Shown: positions 26,174 through 36,991, numbered from the stretch's first letter. The stretch is DNA of 64,000 bases from Spirochaetota bacterium (GCA_963664815.2 CAXXHB010000003.1:480001-544000); one strand, 5' to 3'. Notes: a model not told the origin generated them from the letters alone. Program-made: numbers and translations.

Positions 26174-28594
26174 ATGAATATTTCCGAAAGAAAAGAATTA
26201 ATAAACAGCAGACTCCGTGAAATTGAGGAAGAAAGAATCCTCCTCGAAAAAGAATTGCAGGAACTCTCAACAGCAGAAACCCGTCCTGATATTATTGTTA
26301 TTCCCGCCTCATCAGCAATCCCTGATACTCCTGAAGAAAAGATTTCATTATTCCTTGAATTATTCAGGTGCCGAGAGGATGTATATCCGCATCGGTGGGA
26401 GAATAGTAAAACCGGGAAGAGCGGGTATTCACCGGTATGCGCCAATGAATGGAAACGCGGAATCTGCAATAAAATTCAGACTAAGTGTTCAGATTGTTTA
26501 TCCCGAGCCAGTTTACCTCTTGATGCTGAAGCTGTCAGATCACATCTTGAAGGTAAAGAAGTTATCGGTACTTATGCTATTCGTGAAGATGATACAACTA
26601 TATTTCTTGCGGCAGATTTTGACGGGACAGACTGGCATGATGATGTCATGCGGTATAAAAAAGCAGCAAATGAATTCGGTATTGATACTGCAGTTGAAAT
26701 CTCCCGTTCCGGTGAAGGTGCTCATGCATGGATATTCTTTACAGAACCTGTTACTGCTTTTTTAGCCAGGCGGCTGGGTACAGTTATAATGACAAGGGCA
26801 TTATCACTGTCAGGAAGTTTTAGTCTTGCCAGTTATGACAGGTTTTTTCCTAATCAGGACTATATCCCTGATGGAGGCTTTGGGAATCTCATTGCTCTTC
26901 CATTGCAATATATATCGAGAAAAGATGGCAGAACATTGTTTGTTAACGATGAATTCATACCGTTTCATAATCAGTGGGAGTATCTGGCGGGAGTAAAAAG
27001 ACTGTCGCGGGTAATGGCAGAAAGTATTCTTGATAATATCATCAGTTCAAAGGATCAGTTTGAACTGAGTAATTCGGATGAGAATGACATCAATTATGCG
27101 GAGAAAGATATTGACCTGTTAGCTGATGAAATAAATGAGAATATATATAATGGTACAGCCGAGATTCAGATTTCATCAATGTTGTCTATTGATGCACAGA
27201 ATTTGCCGTCAGGACTTTTATCTGCATTGCGCAGAATTACAACTTTTGCCAATCCTAAATTCTTTGAATTGCAGAGAATGAGGTTTTCAACATGGAATAC
27301 CCCCCGATATATCTGCTGTGCAGAATATGATGGAAGAATTGTTAAACTCCCAAGGGGTACACTTGATGTTTGCAGTGAGTTATTGGAACAGGCAGGAGCA
27401 TCGGTTATAATTAAAGATATAAGACCCCGGCATAACATGCTGAATATTACATTTAAAGGTGATCTCCGTGAAGATCAGAAAAAGGCAGTTGACGAAATAA
27501 TAAAGAATGAATTCGGGATACTTGTGTCACCACCCGGAACTGGTAAAACAGTAATTGGATGCAGTTTGATTGCCCGGAGGGGAGTATCAACATTAATACT
27601 GGTTCACAGGAAACAGCTTATAGATCAGTGGAAAGAACGCCTTGTGGAATTTCTGGATATTGATAAAAAAAGTATCGGTGTAATTGGTGGTGGAAGCAGT
27701 AAGAGTAAAGGAACTATTGATATAGCAATGCTGCAGACCATTTCACGGAAAAATGATGTCAATGAACTGCTTGCCGGATATGAGCAGATAATAATTGATG
27801 AATGTCATCATATACCTGCAGTATCATTTGAAGCAGCATTAAAAGATATACCCGCACGGTATGTAGTCGGACTCACAGCTACTCCATACAGGAAGGATGG
27901 TCTTCAGGCTATACTTTTTATGCAATGCGGACCCGTGAGATATATGATTGAAGAAACGAATGATCTTGATCTGAAAAAAAGAGTAATAGTAAGAGAGTCA
28001 TCCTTTAATCTGCCTGAGCATTCACGTACATTACCAATCTATGAAATATGGGAACATCTTGTAAATGATGATGACAGATTGGAACTAGTAGTAAGTGATA
28101 TAGTTTCTGCCATTAAAACCGGCAGAATTCCTCTTGTATTATCCGATCGGAAAGATCATTTATACAGGCTCAAGGAGAAGCTTGATGCCGAACATGATAT
28201 TCAGGGTGTAAAGGGTTTTATGCTTGAAGGAGTTCTTGGAAAAAAAGCAAGAGCTGCGATGATTATGGATATTAATGATTTGATTAAAAACGGAGACAAA
28301 ACATACATAATCTCAACAGGATCGCTAATTGGTGAAGGATTTGACATGCCGCAGCTTGATACACTCTTCCTGACAATGCCTCTTTCTTTTAAAGGGCGCA
28401 TAATACAGTATGCTGGGAGGCTGCACAGATCTTTCACAGGAAAGAAAGAAGTAATAATTTATGATTATTGCGATTCAAATATTGGTTTGACTGCTTCTAT
28501 GTTTAAAAAACGAGTGTCAGTATATAAAAACATCGGATATCAGATTGATTTAACCGGTAACCAGAAAATTGACAAATGGATTAATCATAACTGA
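26174..28594 (+). CDS. Archaeo-eukaryotic primase (TOTE-type) domain fused to SF2 helicase
   Basis: Cys cluster (VCANEW...C...CSDC), AADFD, ISRSGEGAHAW, GFGNLIALPLQ. Helicase motifs PPGTGKT, IIDECHH, LTATP, GEGFD, QYAGRLHR. Confidence 0.8.
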   Translation: MNISERKELINSRLREIEEERILLEKELQELSTAETRPDIIVIPASSAIPDTPEEKISLFLELFRCREDVYPHRWENSKTGKSGYSPVCANEWKRGICNKIQTKCSDCLSRASLPLDAEAVRSHLEGKEVIGTYAIREDDTTIFLAADFDGTDWHDDVMRYKKAANEFGIDTAVEISRSGEGAHAWIFFTEPVTAFLARRLGTVIMTRALSLSGSFSLASYDRFFPNQDYIPDGGFGNLIALPLQYISRKDGRTLFVNDEFIPFHNQWEYLAGVKRLSRVMAESILDNIISSKDQFELSNSDENDINYAEKDIDLLADEINENIYNGTAEIQISSMLSIDAQNLPSGLLSALRRITTFANPKFFELQRMRFSTWNTPRYICCAEYDGRIVKLPRGTLDVCSELLEQAGASVIIKDIRPRHNMLNITFKGDLREDQKKAVDEIIKNEFGILVSPPGTGKTVIGCSLIARRGVSTLILVHRKQLIDQWKERLVEFLDIDKKSIGVIGGGSSKSKGTIDIAMLQTISRKNDVNELLAGYEQIIIDECHHIPAVSFEAALKDIPARYVVGLTATPYRKDGLQAILFMQCGPVRYMIEETNDLDLKKRVIVRESSFNLPEHSRTLPIYEIWEHLVNDDDRLELVVSDIVSAIKTGRIPLVLSDRKDHLYRLKEKLDAEHDIQGVKGFMLEGVLGKKARAAMIMDINDLIKNGDKTYIISTGSLIGEGFDMPQLDTLFLTMPLSFKGRIIQYAGRLHRSFTGKKEVIIYDYCDSNIGLTASMFKKRVSVYKNIGYQIDLTGNQKIDKWINHN

Positions 28595-28795
28595 TAGCAC
28601 TCGCTTTAAAATAGATACGTAAATAATCGGATATAAAATGAACATTGAATATATCATGTAATGCGTGTTAAAGTTGCAAAAATACAGAAAATTAAATAAT
28701 CAACTCAAACCTAATCATCACTTCCGTAAAATTTTTTACTTGAAAAAAACAATATGAAATATGAAAAGTTTAATATAATGAAAGAGGGATTTTTT

Positions 28796-29467
28796 ATGAA
28801 AAAACTTTTAATTGTCTGTTGTATGGTAATGTTTACATCTTCTCTTTTTGCTTTTGACCGGGGGGAAAAATACATTTACGGAGGCTTCGGACTTGGAGTA
28901 TCTGTTGGATGGTATAAACCTATAAGCGGAGCTGAAGCAGGAACAAAAACTGGGGGGAGCCCTTATCTTTTCAATGATCTGGAAAACAGGGAATGCCTGG
29001 CATGGAACATAGGGGCCGGCGGAGAATATTTCCTTTTAGAGAACCTCGCCCTTCTTGGTGGTATTTATTATGAATCACTCCCTATTAAAGGTGTATATCC
29101 CAAAAAAACAGCTTCAAGTGACCTGGAAATTACAACTGATTTCAAATACCTGTCTATCCCGGCAGGTTTTCACTATTACTTTCTGAAATATTTCCTGATT
29201 GGCGGCGGGCTCTATTATTCAAAAGTTCTTTCAGATGATACAACGGTAAAGTGTGGTTCATATGAAGAGACCGGCAGGCTTAAATCAAAAGATGACGTAG
29301 GGGCTTTTCTGGATCTGGGAACAGCGTTGAAGATTACCGAAACGGGCAATTTAATTATTTTTGCACGCGCCAAGACCGGCCGGACAGTGTCGGACAAAGA
29401 TGATTACAGGACTGATGTTCAGGTTTCCAGTTTAACCTTTAACGCTGCTTACGGCATCAGCTTTTAG
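28796..29467 (+). CDS. Outer-membrane beta-barrel (porin-family) protein
   Basis: Signal peptide MKKLLIVCCMVMFTSSLFA after a GAGGG RBS, YLSIP motif, terminal Phe. Confidence 0.7.
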   Translation: MKKLLIVCCMVMFTSSLFAFDRGEKYIYGGFGLGVSVGWYKPISGAEAGTKTGGSPYLFNDLENRECLAWNIGAGGEYFLLENLALLGGIYYESLPIKGVYPKKTASSDLEITTDFKYLSIPAGFHYYFLKYFLIGGGLYYSKVLSDDTTVKCGSYEETGRLKSKDDVGAFLDLGTALKITETGNLIIFARAKTGRTVSDKDDYRTDVQVSSLTFNAAYGISF

Positions 29468-29528
29468 TTGCCTGTCTTTATTCCGGAAGAGATTACATTT
29501 TCATCAGTTGAATAGAAAGGGATAAAAA

Positions 29529-30371
29529 ATGAAATACTACCACGTGGATGTTTTTTCTTCGGAACCGATGAGCGGTAACGGATTGACCGTTGTATTTCCA
29601 GGCAGGGAGATGGATGAAAAAACTCTTTTAAAAATTACAGGAGAGTTCAGACAGTTTGAAACAGTCTTTTTATATGCTGAGAAAAACGGATCGTTTCCTT
29701 TGCGGATATTTACCGTTGAAGAGGAACTTGAATTTGCAGGACATCCTCTGCTTGGGACTGCAGCCATAATACACAGAGAGTTTTACCCGGGTATTAAAAC
29801 GAAAAAAATAACCGTGAATATAAAAGGGAGGGAGCTGGTTCTTGAATCGGAGCTCAGCGGAAAGAACTGTTCGGTTACCATGAATCAGGGTTATCCGGAT
29901 TTTATAAACACTATTTCAGCAGTTGATTACCATGAGATTGTGCAGTCTCTGAATTTAACTCCCGGGGATATAGACTCCCGCTATCCCATGGAAGTTGTCT
30001 CCACCGGTCTTCCGTATTTACTGGTACCGTTAAGATTCGGCATTGACAGATGCAGAATTACAGATAAGGATTTTGAGCAGACATTAAGAGCCTTAGGGGC
30101 AAAATTTGTGTACTTATATGATACTGCCACCCTTGAATGCAGGACATGGGATAATTCCGGATTGGTGGAGGATGTGGCAACAGGGAGTGCGGCCGGTCCA
30201 CTGTGTGCGTATCTTGTTAAACATAAGATAAGAAAGGAAAATGAAAAAATATATCTTTTACAGGGTAAGTATGTAAACAGGCCATGTATGCTGGAGTGTA
30301 TGGTATCTTCCGGGGAAGTCTCTATAAAGGGGTCTGTTTCATTTTTTGCTCATGGTGAGCTTTATATTTAG
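29529..30371 (+). CDS. PhzF-family isomerase
   Basis: VDVFS...GN, RIFTVEEELEFAGHP, STGLP, EDVATGSAAG. Confidence 0.9.
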   Translation: MKYYHVDVFSSEPMSGNGLTVVFPGREMDEKTLLKITGEFRQFETVFLYAEKNGSFPLRIFTVEEELEFAGHPLLGTAAIIHREFYPGIKTKKITVNIKGRELVLESELSGKNCSVTMNQGYPDFINTISAVDYHEIVQSLNLTPGDIDSRYPMEVVSTGLPYLLVPLRFGIDRCRITDKDFEQTLRALGAKFVYLYDTATLECRTWDNSGLVEDVATGSAAGPLCAYLVKHKIRKENEKIYLLQGKYVNRPCMLECMVSSGEVSIKGSVSFFAHGELYI

Positions 30372-30939
30372 ATATACAGGATTCAAATATATCATATTAT
30401 TTTACTATTGAATTAAATTGTCATTCAGTCAATTTAATGGAGTGATAACGATAGAGAATTTAAAATCTGTTAAAAAAGTTAAAATTTCTCTCTCCGGTTT
30501 TGCGTTTCACCGGAGAATGCATTCGGAATGGCTGTGTACTAATCATTCCGGGATATGGAGCAGCAAAGTAAGGTGAAGAATACTTTGCAGTATTCTGAAA
30601 TACCACAAGAGGTTAAAGAATTTTGGAAACAATAAGTTCATTGAAGAGTTTAAGATGCTGGAAAGAATAAAAAAACAGTATAAGTTTGTTTTGATTTATT
30701 GGTGAATTTTTTTTGAAATTGTAAGAAAAAAATATATCTTATTTATTACCTGCGGCAGGAATTTTTAATAATTTTTTTGTAGAAATATTTTCTGTAATAT
30801 AAACTTATAAATTCCTGTGTCCACTCATCGACAGGAATAACTGCGGGGCAGTGGAGGGAAATTAATGAAATTCCGCCCTGGTCTGGAATATTTGCTTTTT
30901 TCAGGCGCTGTGTCAGTATTGTAATCCGGTTTATAACCT

Positions 30940-31596
30940 ATGAAAAAAATTTATAATTATAAACGTATAAGCAGAACAAACCGAATCCATGACCGGATTT
31001 TTGATCTGGGGAATGCAGGTTCGTTTACGGAGATCAGGATCAAACTGCCGGAGCCCCCGGATGAGTGCAGTATTGAAGGCACTTCTTTCAGAAGTGTCCA
31101 TATAATTAAATCGTGGAATGACAGCCGTATATTCACGGCTTACAGGAGCAGTGAATATACTGATATTCTTCTTATCGTATGGGAGGAGTACCCATTTTAT
31201 CCGCATATCGAGGAGGGTGGGGATTTCATGCTTCAGGTTCTTGCTTCAGATAAAGCGGTAAAGCATCTGATTATTGACAACACCTATGTGCGGTCAGGAT
31301 GGATGGATGAGAAGATGAGCAATTACCTGAATAACGGCTGGTTTCCCGGCCTTGTTGAACTGGGGCTTGAAGCTTTCTGCCACCTGCAGGCTGAAAGTTA
31401 TCTGGGAGAACTTTCTTTTAAAAGTTTTGGAGAGCTTGTATCAGGGAGCATAAGCGATATTGCTCAAAATCTTGATAAAAAACCCTTCGCTTATTTTCCG
31501 GTTAAAACATCAGAAATGAGTCAAGATGGCAGGATTGATGCTGATGTTCGAAATATAGCGCTTAAAAAAGCGCTGGATATAATTAAATCACTTTAA
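30940..31596 (+). CDS. Hypothetical protein (possible STAS/SEC14-like C-terminal domain)
   Basis: 218-aa ORF; LIIDNT...W...WFPGLVELGL pattern. Confidence 0.5.
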   Translation: MKKIYNYKRISRTNRIHDRIFDLGNAGSFTEIRIKLPEPPDECSIEGTSFRSVHIIKSWNDSRIFTAYRSSEYTDILLIVWEEYPFYPHIEEGGDFMLQVLASDKAVKHLIIDNTYVRSGWMDEKMSNYLNNGWFPGLVELGLEAFCHLQAESYLGELSFKSFGELVSGSISDIAQNLDKKPFAYFPVKTSEMSQDGRIDADVRNIALKKALDIIKSL

Positions 31597-31953
31597 AGGA
31601 AAATCTCCCGCCGGAATTACCTGCTGTCTTGCCGCTAATTTGCCGCTTTACCGGGTGCCGGTATAATAAAAAAATGAATTGCAGAAAACATATCACAGGT
31701 TCGAATATTACAATATTCCGGGTGTCAGCCATTTTTAATACTGGAGATTTTGTATTAAATAAATCAGATTATTTATTTTTTATAAAACATGCTATAGCGC
31801 ATAACGGATTATTCAGGCAATGTCATCTCGAATGCATACTATGGCAAAGTTCAGCACAGGGGAGGGCGTTTAAAAAGAGACAGATGGCGGACTGATTTAA
31901 TAGTTATGCGTTGTTTGGAATATAATGAGTAAGATAATATAAGGAATAAGAGT

Positions 31954-32538
31954 TTGAAGAATATTGGAATACTGGTTTTTAATAACATTGAACTGCTGGA
32001 CTTTGCAGGACCTTATGAAGTTTTTTCAGTAACCGATGAGCTGAATGATTATAAATTATGCCGGACATTTACCGTGGAGGAAAACGGCAAGATTATAAAA
32101 ACGGTAAACGGCCTGCAGGTTGTTCCTGATTATTCATTTACTGATTGTCCGGAAATTGATGTTCTGGTGATTCCCGGCGGAGTTGGTACAAAAGAGATTA
32201 TCATGAAAGATAATATTCTGAAATGGGTGCTTCAGACAAGTGAAAAATCAGAAATAACTTTTTCTGTCTGCTCCGGATCAAGAATTCTGGGTAAAACCGG
32301 TTTGCTGGATAACATCGAATATATAACACATCATGAAGTTATTGATGATATGAGGAAAATAGCGCCGGAAGGAGTACTGCAGACCGGTAAGCGTTATACT
32401 GATTCAGGTAAAATATTGACTTCAGCCGGAATTTCAGCCGGTATTGATCTTTCACTATATATAATAGAAAAGATGTACGGCAGGGATATTATGGAGAAAA
32501 CAAAAACATACATGGAATATGGTGACTGGAGGAGATAA
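31954..32538 (+). CDS. DJ-1/PfpI family protein
   Basis: ELLDFAGPYEVF, IPGG, SVCSG, TSAGISAGID. Confidence 0.88.
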   Translation: MKNIGILVFNNIELLDFAGPYEVFSVTDELNDYKLCRTFTVEENGKIIKTVNGLQVVPDYSFTDCPEIDVLVIPGGVGTKEIIMKDNILKWVLQTSEKSEITFSVCSGSRILGKTGLLDNIEYITHHEVIDDMRKIAPEGVLQTGKRYTDSGKILTSAGISAGIDLSLYIIEKMYGRDIMEKTKTYMEYGDWRR

Positions 32539-32546
32539 AAATACAG

Positions 32547-32990
32547 GTGGAAACTATAAATAAAAATGAGTATATAGTCAGGTTTGGTTGTGAAAATATG
32601 GATTTTATCAAAGTAACTGAAATGCTGTCAAAGGCATTCTGGAGTACCGGTATAAAGATGGATGAGGTTATTAAAGGCGCTTCAAACTCCGCGCTGATAA
32701 CAGGTGTCTTTTACCGGGGGGAACAGATCGGTTATGCCAGGGTTGCCTCCGATAAGACGAGGTTTGCATATATAATGGATGTTTATGTGGATGAAAGATA
32801 CCGGCGAAATGGTATCGGACAGCTGATGATCAATAGTATTCTTGCAAATGATGAGCTGAGTGATGTTTACCACTGGTTGCTGATAACTAAAGATGCCCAT
32901 GGAGTTTACAGCAAGTCTGGATTTAAGACTCTCAGCAGGCCGGGTGACTGGATGGAAATCAGGTATGACAGAAGTACAAGGCATGCCTGA
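32547..32990 (+). CDS. GNAT acetyltransferase
   Basis: QIGYARV, DVYVDERYRRNGIG, DAHGVY. Confidence 0.88.
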   Translation: METINKNEYIVRFGCENMDFIKVTEMLSKAFWSTGIKMDEVIKGASNSALITGVFYRGEQIGYARVASDKTRFAYIMDVYVDERYRRNGIGQLMINSILANDELSDVYHWLLITKDAHGVYSKSGFKTLSRPGDWMEIRYDRSTRHA

Positions 32991-33037
32991 TGGGTGGTTC
33001 TGGACAATATATGTGTTTTATAATTAAGGGGGGATAA

Positions 33038-33682
33038 ATGAAGATAACTGTTTTCGGGGCAAATGGCGCCATTGGCAGAATTGTAACAGGGTATGCTCTC
33101 CGCAATGGAGATATTGTTACTGCATATGTCAGGAAGGCAGACAGCCTGGATAGCAATGCCGATAATTTAAAAGTCATTACAGGAGATTTGTTAAACCGGC
33201 CTCTGATAGAAAAGGCCGTTAAAGACTCAGATGTTGTAATAAGCACTTTGGGACCCGATATGGATATATCAAGGAAAAATAAAGGTACCCCTATAGCAGA
33301 CGGGCATGAAGAAATAATAAATGCCATGGAAAAAACCGGGAAGAAGAGATTTATTACGCTGGCAACCCCCACTATCCGTTCGGATGATGATGTAAAGAGT
33401 TTCTGTACAGTTGTACCTCCACTTATGGCTAAAATACTTTTTCCCAATGCGTATCGTGACATGAAAAAAGCAGAAGCGCTGATTAAAAAATCATCTCTGG
33501 ACTGGACTGTTGTAAGAATGATAAATCCCAATGCCACGCATAAAGATTCCGGTTATAATATTTCAACGGGGGGTGCACACGCGAAGATGGCTGTTTCAAG
33601 GGAAAACGTTGGTCTGTTTATATATAATACAGCAATGGATAAATCTTATATCAGGAAAATGCCGATAGTATTTAATAAATAA
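33038..33682 (+). CDS. NAD(P)H-binding (flavin/biliverdin reductase-like) protein
   Basis: VFGANGAIG, DVVISTLG, LDWTVVR. Confidence 0.85.
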   Translation: MKITVFGANGAIGRIVTGYALRNGDIVTAYVRKADSLDSNADNLKVITGDLLNRPLIEKAVKDSDVVISTLGPDMDISRKNKGTPIADGHEEIINAMEKTGKKRFITLATPTIRSDDDVKSFCTVVPPLMAKILFPNAYRDMKKAEALIKKSSLDWTVVRMINPNATHKDSGYNISTGGAHAKMAVSRENVGLFIYNTAMDKSYIRKMPIVFNK

Positions 33683-33723
33683 TCCGTGTCTGGCGAATAA
33701 AGTTTTATTTATGAGGTAATTAT

Positions 33724-34395
33724 ATGTTTATAGGTCATTACGGCATAGGTTTCATGCTTAAAAGAAAATTCAGGGATTTTCCCTTATGGCTGTTTTTTTT
33801 AATGTTACAGCTTCCTGATTTAATTGCCTTTATTCTTGTGTTTTTCGGAGTTGAAAGAGCTGCCTACAGGGATAACATCAACCCATTTTTACGAAATGAA
33901 TTTGTTCTTACCTACTCGCACTCTCTGGCTGGAACAATAATATTGTGTATCCTGGTTTATGCATTGTTTATTAATATTAAAGACAGGACATGGGCATCCA
34001 TTGCAGCCTTATCTGTCTTTTCACACTGGGTTATTGATTTTATAGTTCATACCTCCGACATGTCGGTTTTCTTCGGATCGGTTAAAGTCGGTCTTGGTCT
34101 CTGGGAGTACCCCTGGATAAGTTATGGTCTTGAAATTCTTCTGGTGGCAGGCGGATGGCTGGCTCTTAAATACAGAAATATATTTTCTTATCTGCTTCTT
34201 ATAGTTCTTGCAGGTAGCTTTACAGGTATGATTTTCGGAAGTGAACCGGAGTTGATCAGGGAAGAACAGTCTCTGAGATCCTTAATCCTTCTGGTGTCAA
34301 ATATACTGTTTATTGTGCTGGCCTATGACAGCGAAAGAAAACAGGCTGTATCATTATCAAGTGTAACTGACGGGATGTTAAGAGGAAGAGAATAA
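33724..34395 (+). CDS. Membrane metal-dependent hydrolase-like protein
   Basis: MFIGHY, QLPD, YSHSL, SHWVIDFIVH, GLGLW. Confidence 0.7.
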   Translation: MFIGHYGIGFMLKRKFRDFPLWLFFLMLQLPDLIAFILVFFGVERAAYRDNINPFLRNEFVLTYSHSLAGTIILCILVYALFINIKDRTWASIAALSVFSHWVIDFIVHTSDMSVFFGSVKVGLGLWEYPWISYGLEILLVAGGWLALKYRNIFSYLLLIVLAGSFTGMIFGSEPELIREEQSLRSLILLVSNILFIVLAYDSERKQAVSLSSVTDGMLRGRE

Positions 34396-34485
34396 AAATT
34401 TATGCAGAGTTTTTTCTTAATAATGAGTAATGGAATAAAAGCCGATCTGAAAGTGAAATTTAATCTGATAAAATGGTAAAATAAA

Positions 34486-35340
34486 ATGGAAAGCCTGATA
34501 TTAAACGGTAAGATAATCGCCGAATCAATTGAGAAATCTATCAGTTCCAGGATCAATGATCTGAGGATTAATAATCCGGAAGCTGCTCCTGTCCTTGCTA
34601 CAATACTGGTTGGCAATGATCCGGCCTCTGAAACATATGTAAAGATGAAGGGTAACGCATGCATCAGAGTCGGTATGAAATCAAAGAAAATCCTGCTGCC
34701 GGAAGAGACGACAACTGAAGATCTGATTTCCGAAATAGAACTGTTGAATAATGATCCGGATGTTCATGGGATCCTGCTGCAGCATCCGGTTCCGGATCAT
34801 ATCAATGAGAGACTCTGTTTTGACAGAATATCCCCGGATAAAGATGTGGATGGAGTAACCAGTCTGGGATTCGGTAAAATGAGTATGGGTGAAAAGGCAT
34901 ACGGAAGCGCCACTCCTGCCGGAATTATTAAAATAATTGAATACTATAATCTTGATATGGAAGGCAAAAATGCAGTTGTTATAGGGAGAAGCCCCATACT
35001 GGGGAAGCCGATGGCTATGATGCTGCTGAATAAAAATGCCACGGTAACAATCTGCCACTCCAGAACAAAAAATCTTCCTGAAATAGTTAAAAATGCGGAT
35101 GTTATAGTCGGTGCTATCGGAAAACCGAAGTTTATTAAATCGGACTGGATCAGGGAGGGGGCGATACTGCTTGATGCCGGCTATCATCCTGAATATAAAT
35201 GCGGGGATATTGACCTTGAAAATGCAGCGCATATCTGCAGCGCCTATACACCGGTTCCGGGGGGTGTCGGGCCAATGACAATTGCCACACTGATGCAGCA
35301 TACTCTGGATGCCTATGAAATGGCGCAAATGAATAAATAA
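34486..35340 (+). CDS. folD: Methylenetetrahydrofolate dehydrogenase/cyclohydrolase
   Basis: GNDPASETYVKMK, GILLQHP, KDVDG, GRSPILGKP, TPVPGGVGPMT. Confidence 0.95.
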   Translation: MESLILNGKIIAESIEKSISSRINDLRINNPEAAPVLATILVGNDPASETYVKMKGNACIRVGMKSKKILLPEETTTEDLISEIELLNNDPDVHGILLQHPVPDHINERLCFDRISPDKDVDGVTSLGFGKMSMGEKAYGSATPAGIIKIIEYYNLDMEGKNAVVIGRSPILGKPMAMMLLNKNATVTICHSRTKNLPEIVKNADVIVGAIGKPKFIKSDWIREGAILLDAGYHPEYKCGDIDLENAAHICSAYTPVPGGVGPMTIATLMQHTLDAYEMAQMNK

Positions 35341-35417
35341 AAAACCTGGTATATATATTTAAACTGCCCGGAAAATTAAGAATGAACGCTTCCTGCAGTT
35401 TATTATAATGAGGATAT

Positions 35418-35789
35418 ATGAAAATCGGAGAATTTTCAGAAAAAACAGGATTATCAATTCATACCATTCATTACTATGAAAAGATTGGATTGATAAAAAA
35501 GAATTCGAAAGACAGAAGCGGTCACCGTATATATTCAGAATATGATGTAGAATGGGTAAAGTTTATCTCCTGTCTTAAGGCAACCGAGATGCCGCTTGAG
35601 CAGATTCTGCATTTTATTTCACTTATTGAAAAGGGAGATTCCACAATACCTGAACGATTTTCGATTCTACAGGAGCAGAGGAAAAATCTTGAACAGAAGA
35701 TTTCCCTGCTTAATACCCATCTTTCCCATATTGACTATAAAATTAAAAATTTTAAATTAATATTTAAAAAATTCACTATGCCCTCTTGA
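35418..35789 (+). CDS. MerR-family regulator (AdhR/NmlR-like)
   Basis: MKIGEFSEKTGLSIHTIHYYEKIGL, SGHRIY, CLKATEMPL. Confidence 0.9.
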   Translation: MKIGEFSEKTGLSIHTIHYYEKIGLIKKNSKDRSGHRIYSEYDVEWVKFISCLKATEMPLEQILHFISLIEKGDSTIPERFSILQEQRKNLEQKISLLNTHLSHIDYKIKNFKLIFKKFTMPS

Positions 35790-35816
35790 CATAGAGTCAA
35801 CTCCACATTGTACGAA
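35786..35816 (+). promoter_or_regulatory. MerR-type long-spacer promoter/operator for the SDR gene
   Basis: TTGACA (35786-35791), a 19-nt spacer containing the dyad TAGAGT-CA-ACTCCA, then TACGAA. Confidence 0.7.
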
Positions 35817-35869
35817 TGATTCATCCTGACATTTATGTCATGATGAATTTATATTTCAGGAGGGGACAT

Positions 35870-36604
35870 ATGTATGTATTAAACGGATCACGTGTACTGA
35901 TTTCAGGAGGATCATCAGGAATAGGTCTTGAAACTGCGCGGTTGCTTGCATCACTGGGCGCTGAAGTAATCATTGCATCGAGGGACGAAAAGAATCTTGA
36001 GAAAGCTGCCGCAGGAATCAGGGGAAAGGTTTCTGTAACAGCATTTGATGCAGGAAACGAAGATGAATGCGTAAAAGCACTTCAGAAAACAGGAAAGATT
36101 GATCATCTTGTGCTGACATTAAGCGGAGGGAAAGGTGGAGGGCCATTTGCGTCACTTAAATCAACCGATCTCAGGCAGGCATTTGACGGCAAATTCTGGG
36201 CGCATTTTACCCTTGCACAGCAATCGCTTCCTTATCTTAATGAAAAGGGATCAATAACTTTTGTTACGGCTATATCTGCCAGGGCTTCAAATCCCGGTAC
36301 ATCAGGACTTTCAGCGATAAATGCGGCTATTGAAGGCCTTGTTAAGCCTCTGGCCGTCGAATTAAAACCGCTGAGGATAAATGCAGTTTCTCCCGGTGTG
36401 ATAGACACCCCCTGGTGGAATATGTACAATGAAGAGATGAAAGAATCAATTTTCAGAGAATTTTCCGGGCAGACACCTGTGGGGAGAATCGGCAGACCGG
36501 GAGATGTTGCTGAGGCAATAACATTTTTAATAGGAAACACATTTATGACCGGAACAGTCATCGAATGTGACGGAGGGCTTCATCTTTCCGGCAGCAGGCT
36601 CTGA
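35870..36604 (+). CDS. Short-chain dehydrogenase/reductase
   Basis: ISGGSSGIG, INAVSPGVIDT, DGG. ATG 35870 follows an AGGAGG RBS. Confidence 0.88.
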   Translation: MYVLNGSRVLISGGSSGIGLETARLLASLGAEVIIASRDEKNLEKAAAGIRGKVSVTAFDAGNEDECVKALQKTGKIDHLVLTLSGGKGGGPFASLKSTDLRQAFDGKFWAHFTLAQQSLPYLNEKGSITFVTAISARASNPGTSGLSAINAAIEGLVKPLAVELKPLRINAVSPGVIDTPWWNMYNEEMKESIFREFSGQTPVGRIGRPGDVAEAITFLIGNTFMTGTVIECDGGLHLSGSRL

Positions 36605-36697
36605 ATCGCTGATTTCAGTCACAAAGCATTTTATCCAATGGTTTGCGACTGAAATATTATAATATAATCAATATTGTGTGTCATTAAGGAGTTTTGT

Positions 36698-36991
36698 ATG
36701 TCAGCTTTTGTAATTTCAGAAGTAATAATTTTAAATGAAGAAGCAGCAGATCAGTATCGCAAACTTGCAGCTTCATCTATTGCAAAATTCGGAGGTGAAT
36801 ATTTGGTTCGTGGAGCAGATCCGGTTATTATTCAGGGTGAAAAAACTGACGCTAAAATGGTTATTGTTGAATTTCCATCTATGGAAAGAGTTCAGGAGTG
36901 GTATTCATCTCCTGATTATGCCAGAGCGCTGGAATACCGGGATAAAGCATTAAGTCGCAGATTGATGTTTGTCGAAGGTATTAATAACTGA
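36698..36991 (+). CDS. DUF1330 family protein
   Basis: FGGEYLVRG, IVEFPS...WYSSPDY; AAGGAG RBS. Confidence 0.85.
   Translation: MSAFVISEVIILNEEAADQYRKLAASSIAKFGGEYLVRGADPVIIQGEKTDAKMVIVEFPSMERVQEWYSSPDYARALEYRDKALSRRLMFVEGINN

Noticed and set aside
30372-30939. Long AT-rich intergenic region with short stems, a possible ncRNA or pseudogene
   Set aside because: No riboswitch, tRNA or protein motif could be supported.
31629-31895. 88-aa ORF and a TTGCCGCT direct repeat (31629, 31640)
   Set aside because: TTG start without an RBS, no motif; two 8-mers are too weak to call.
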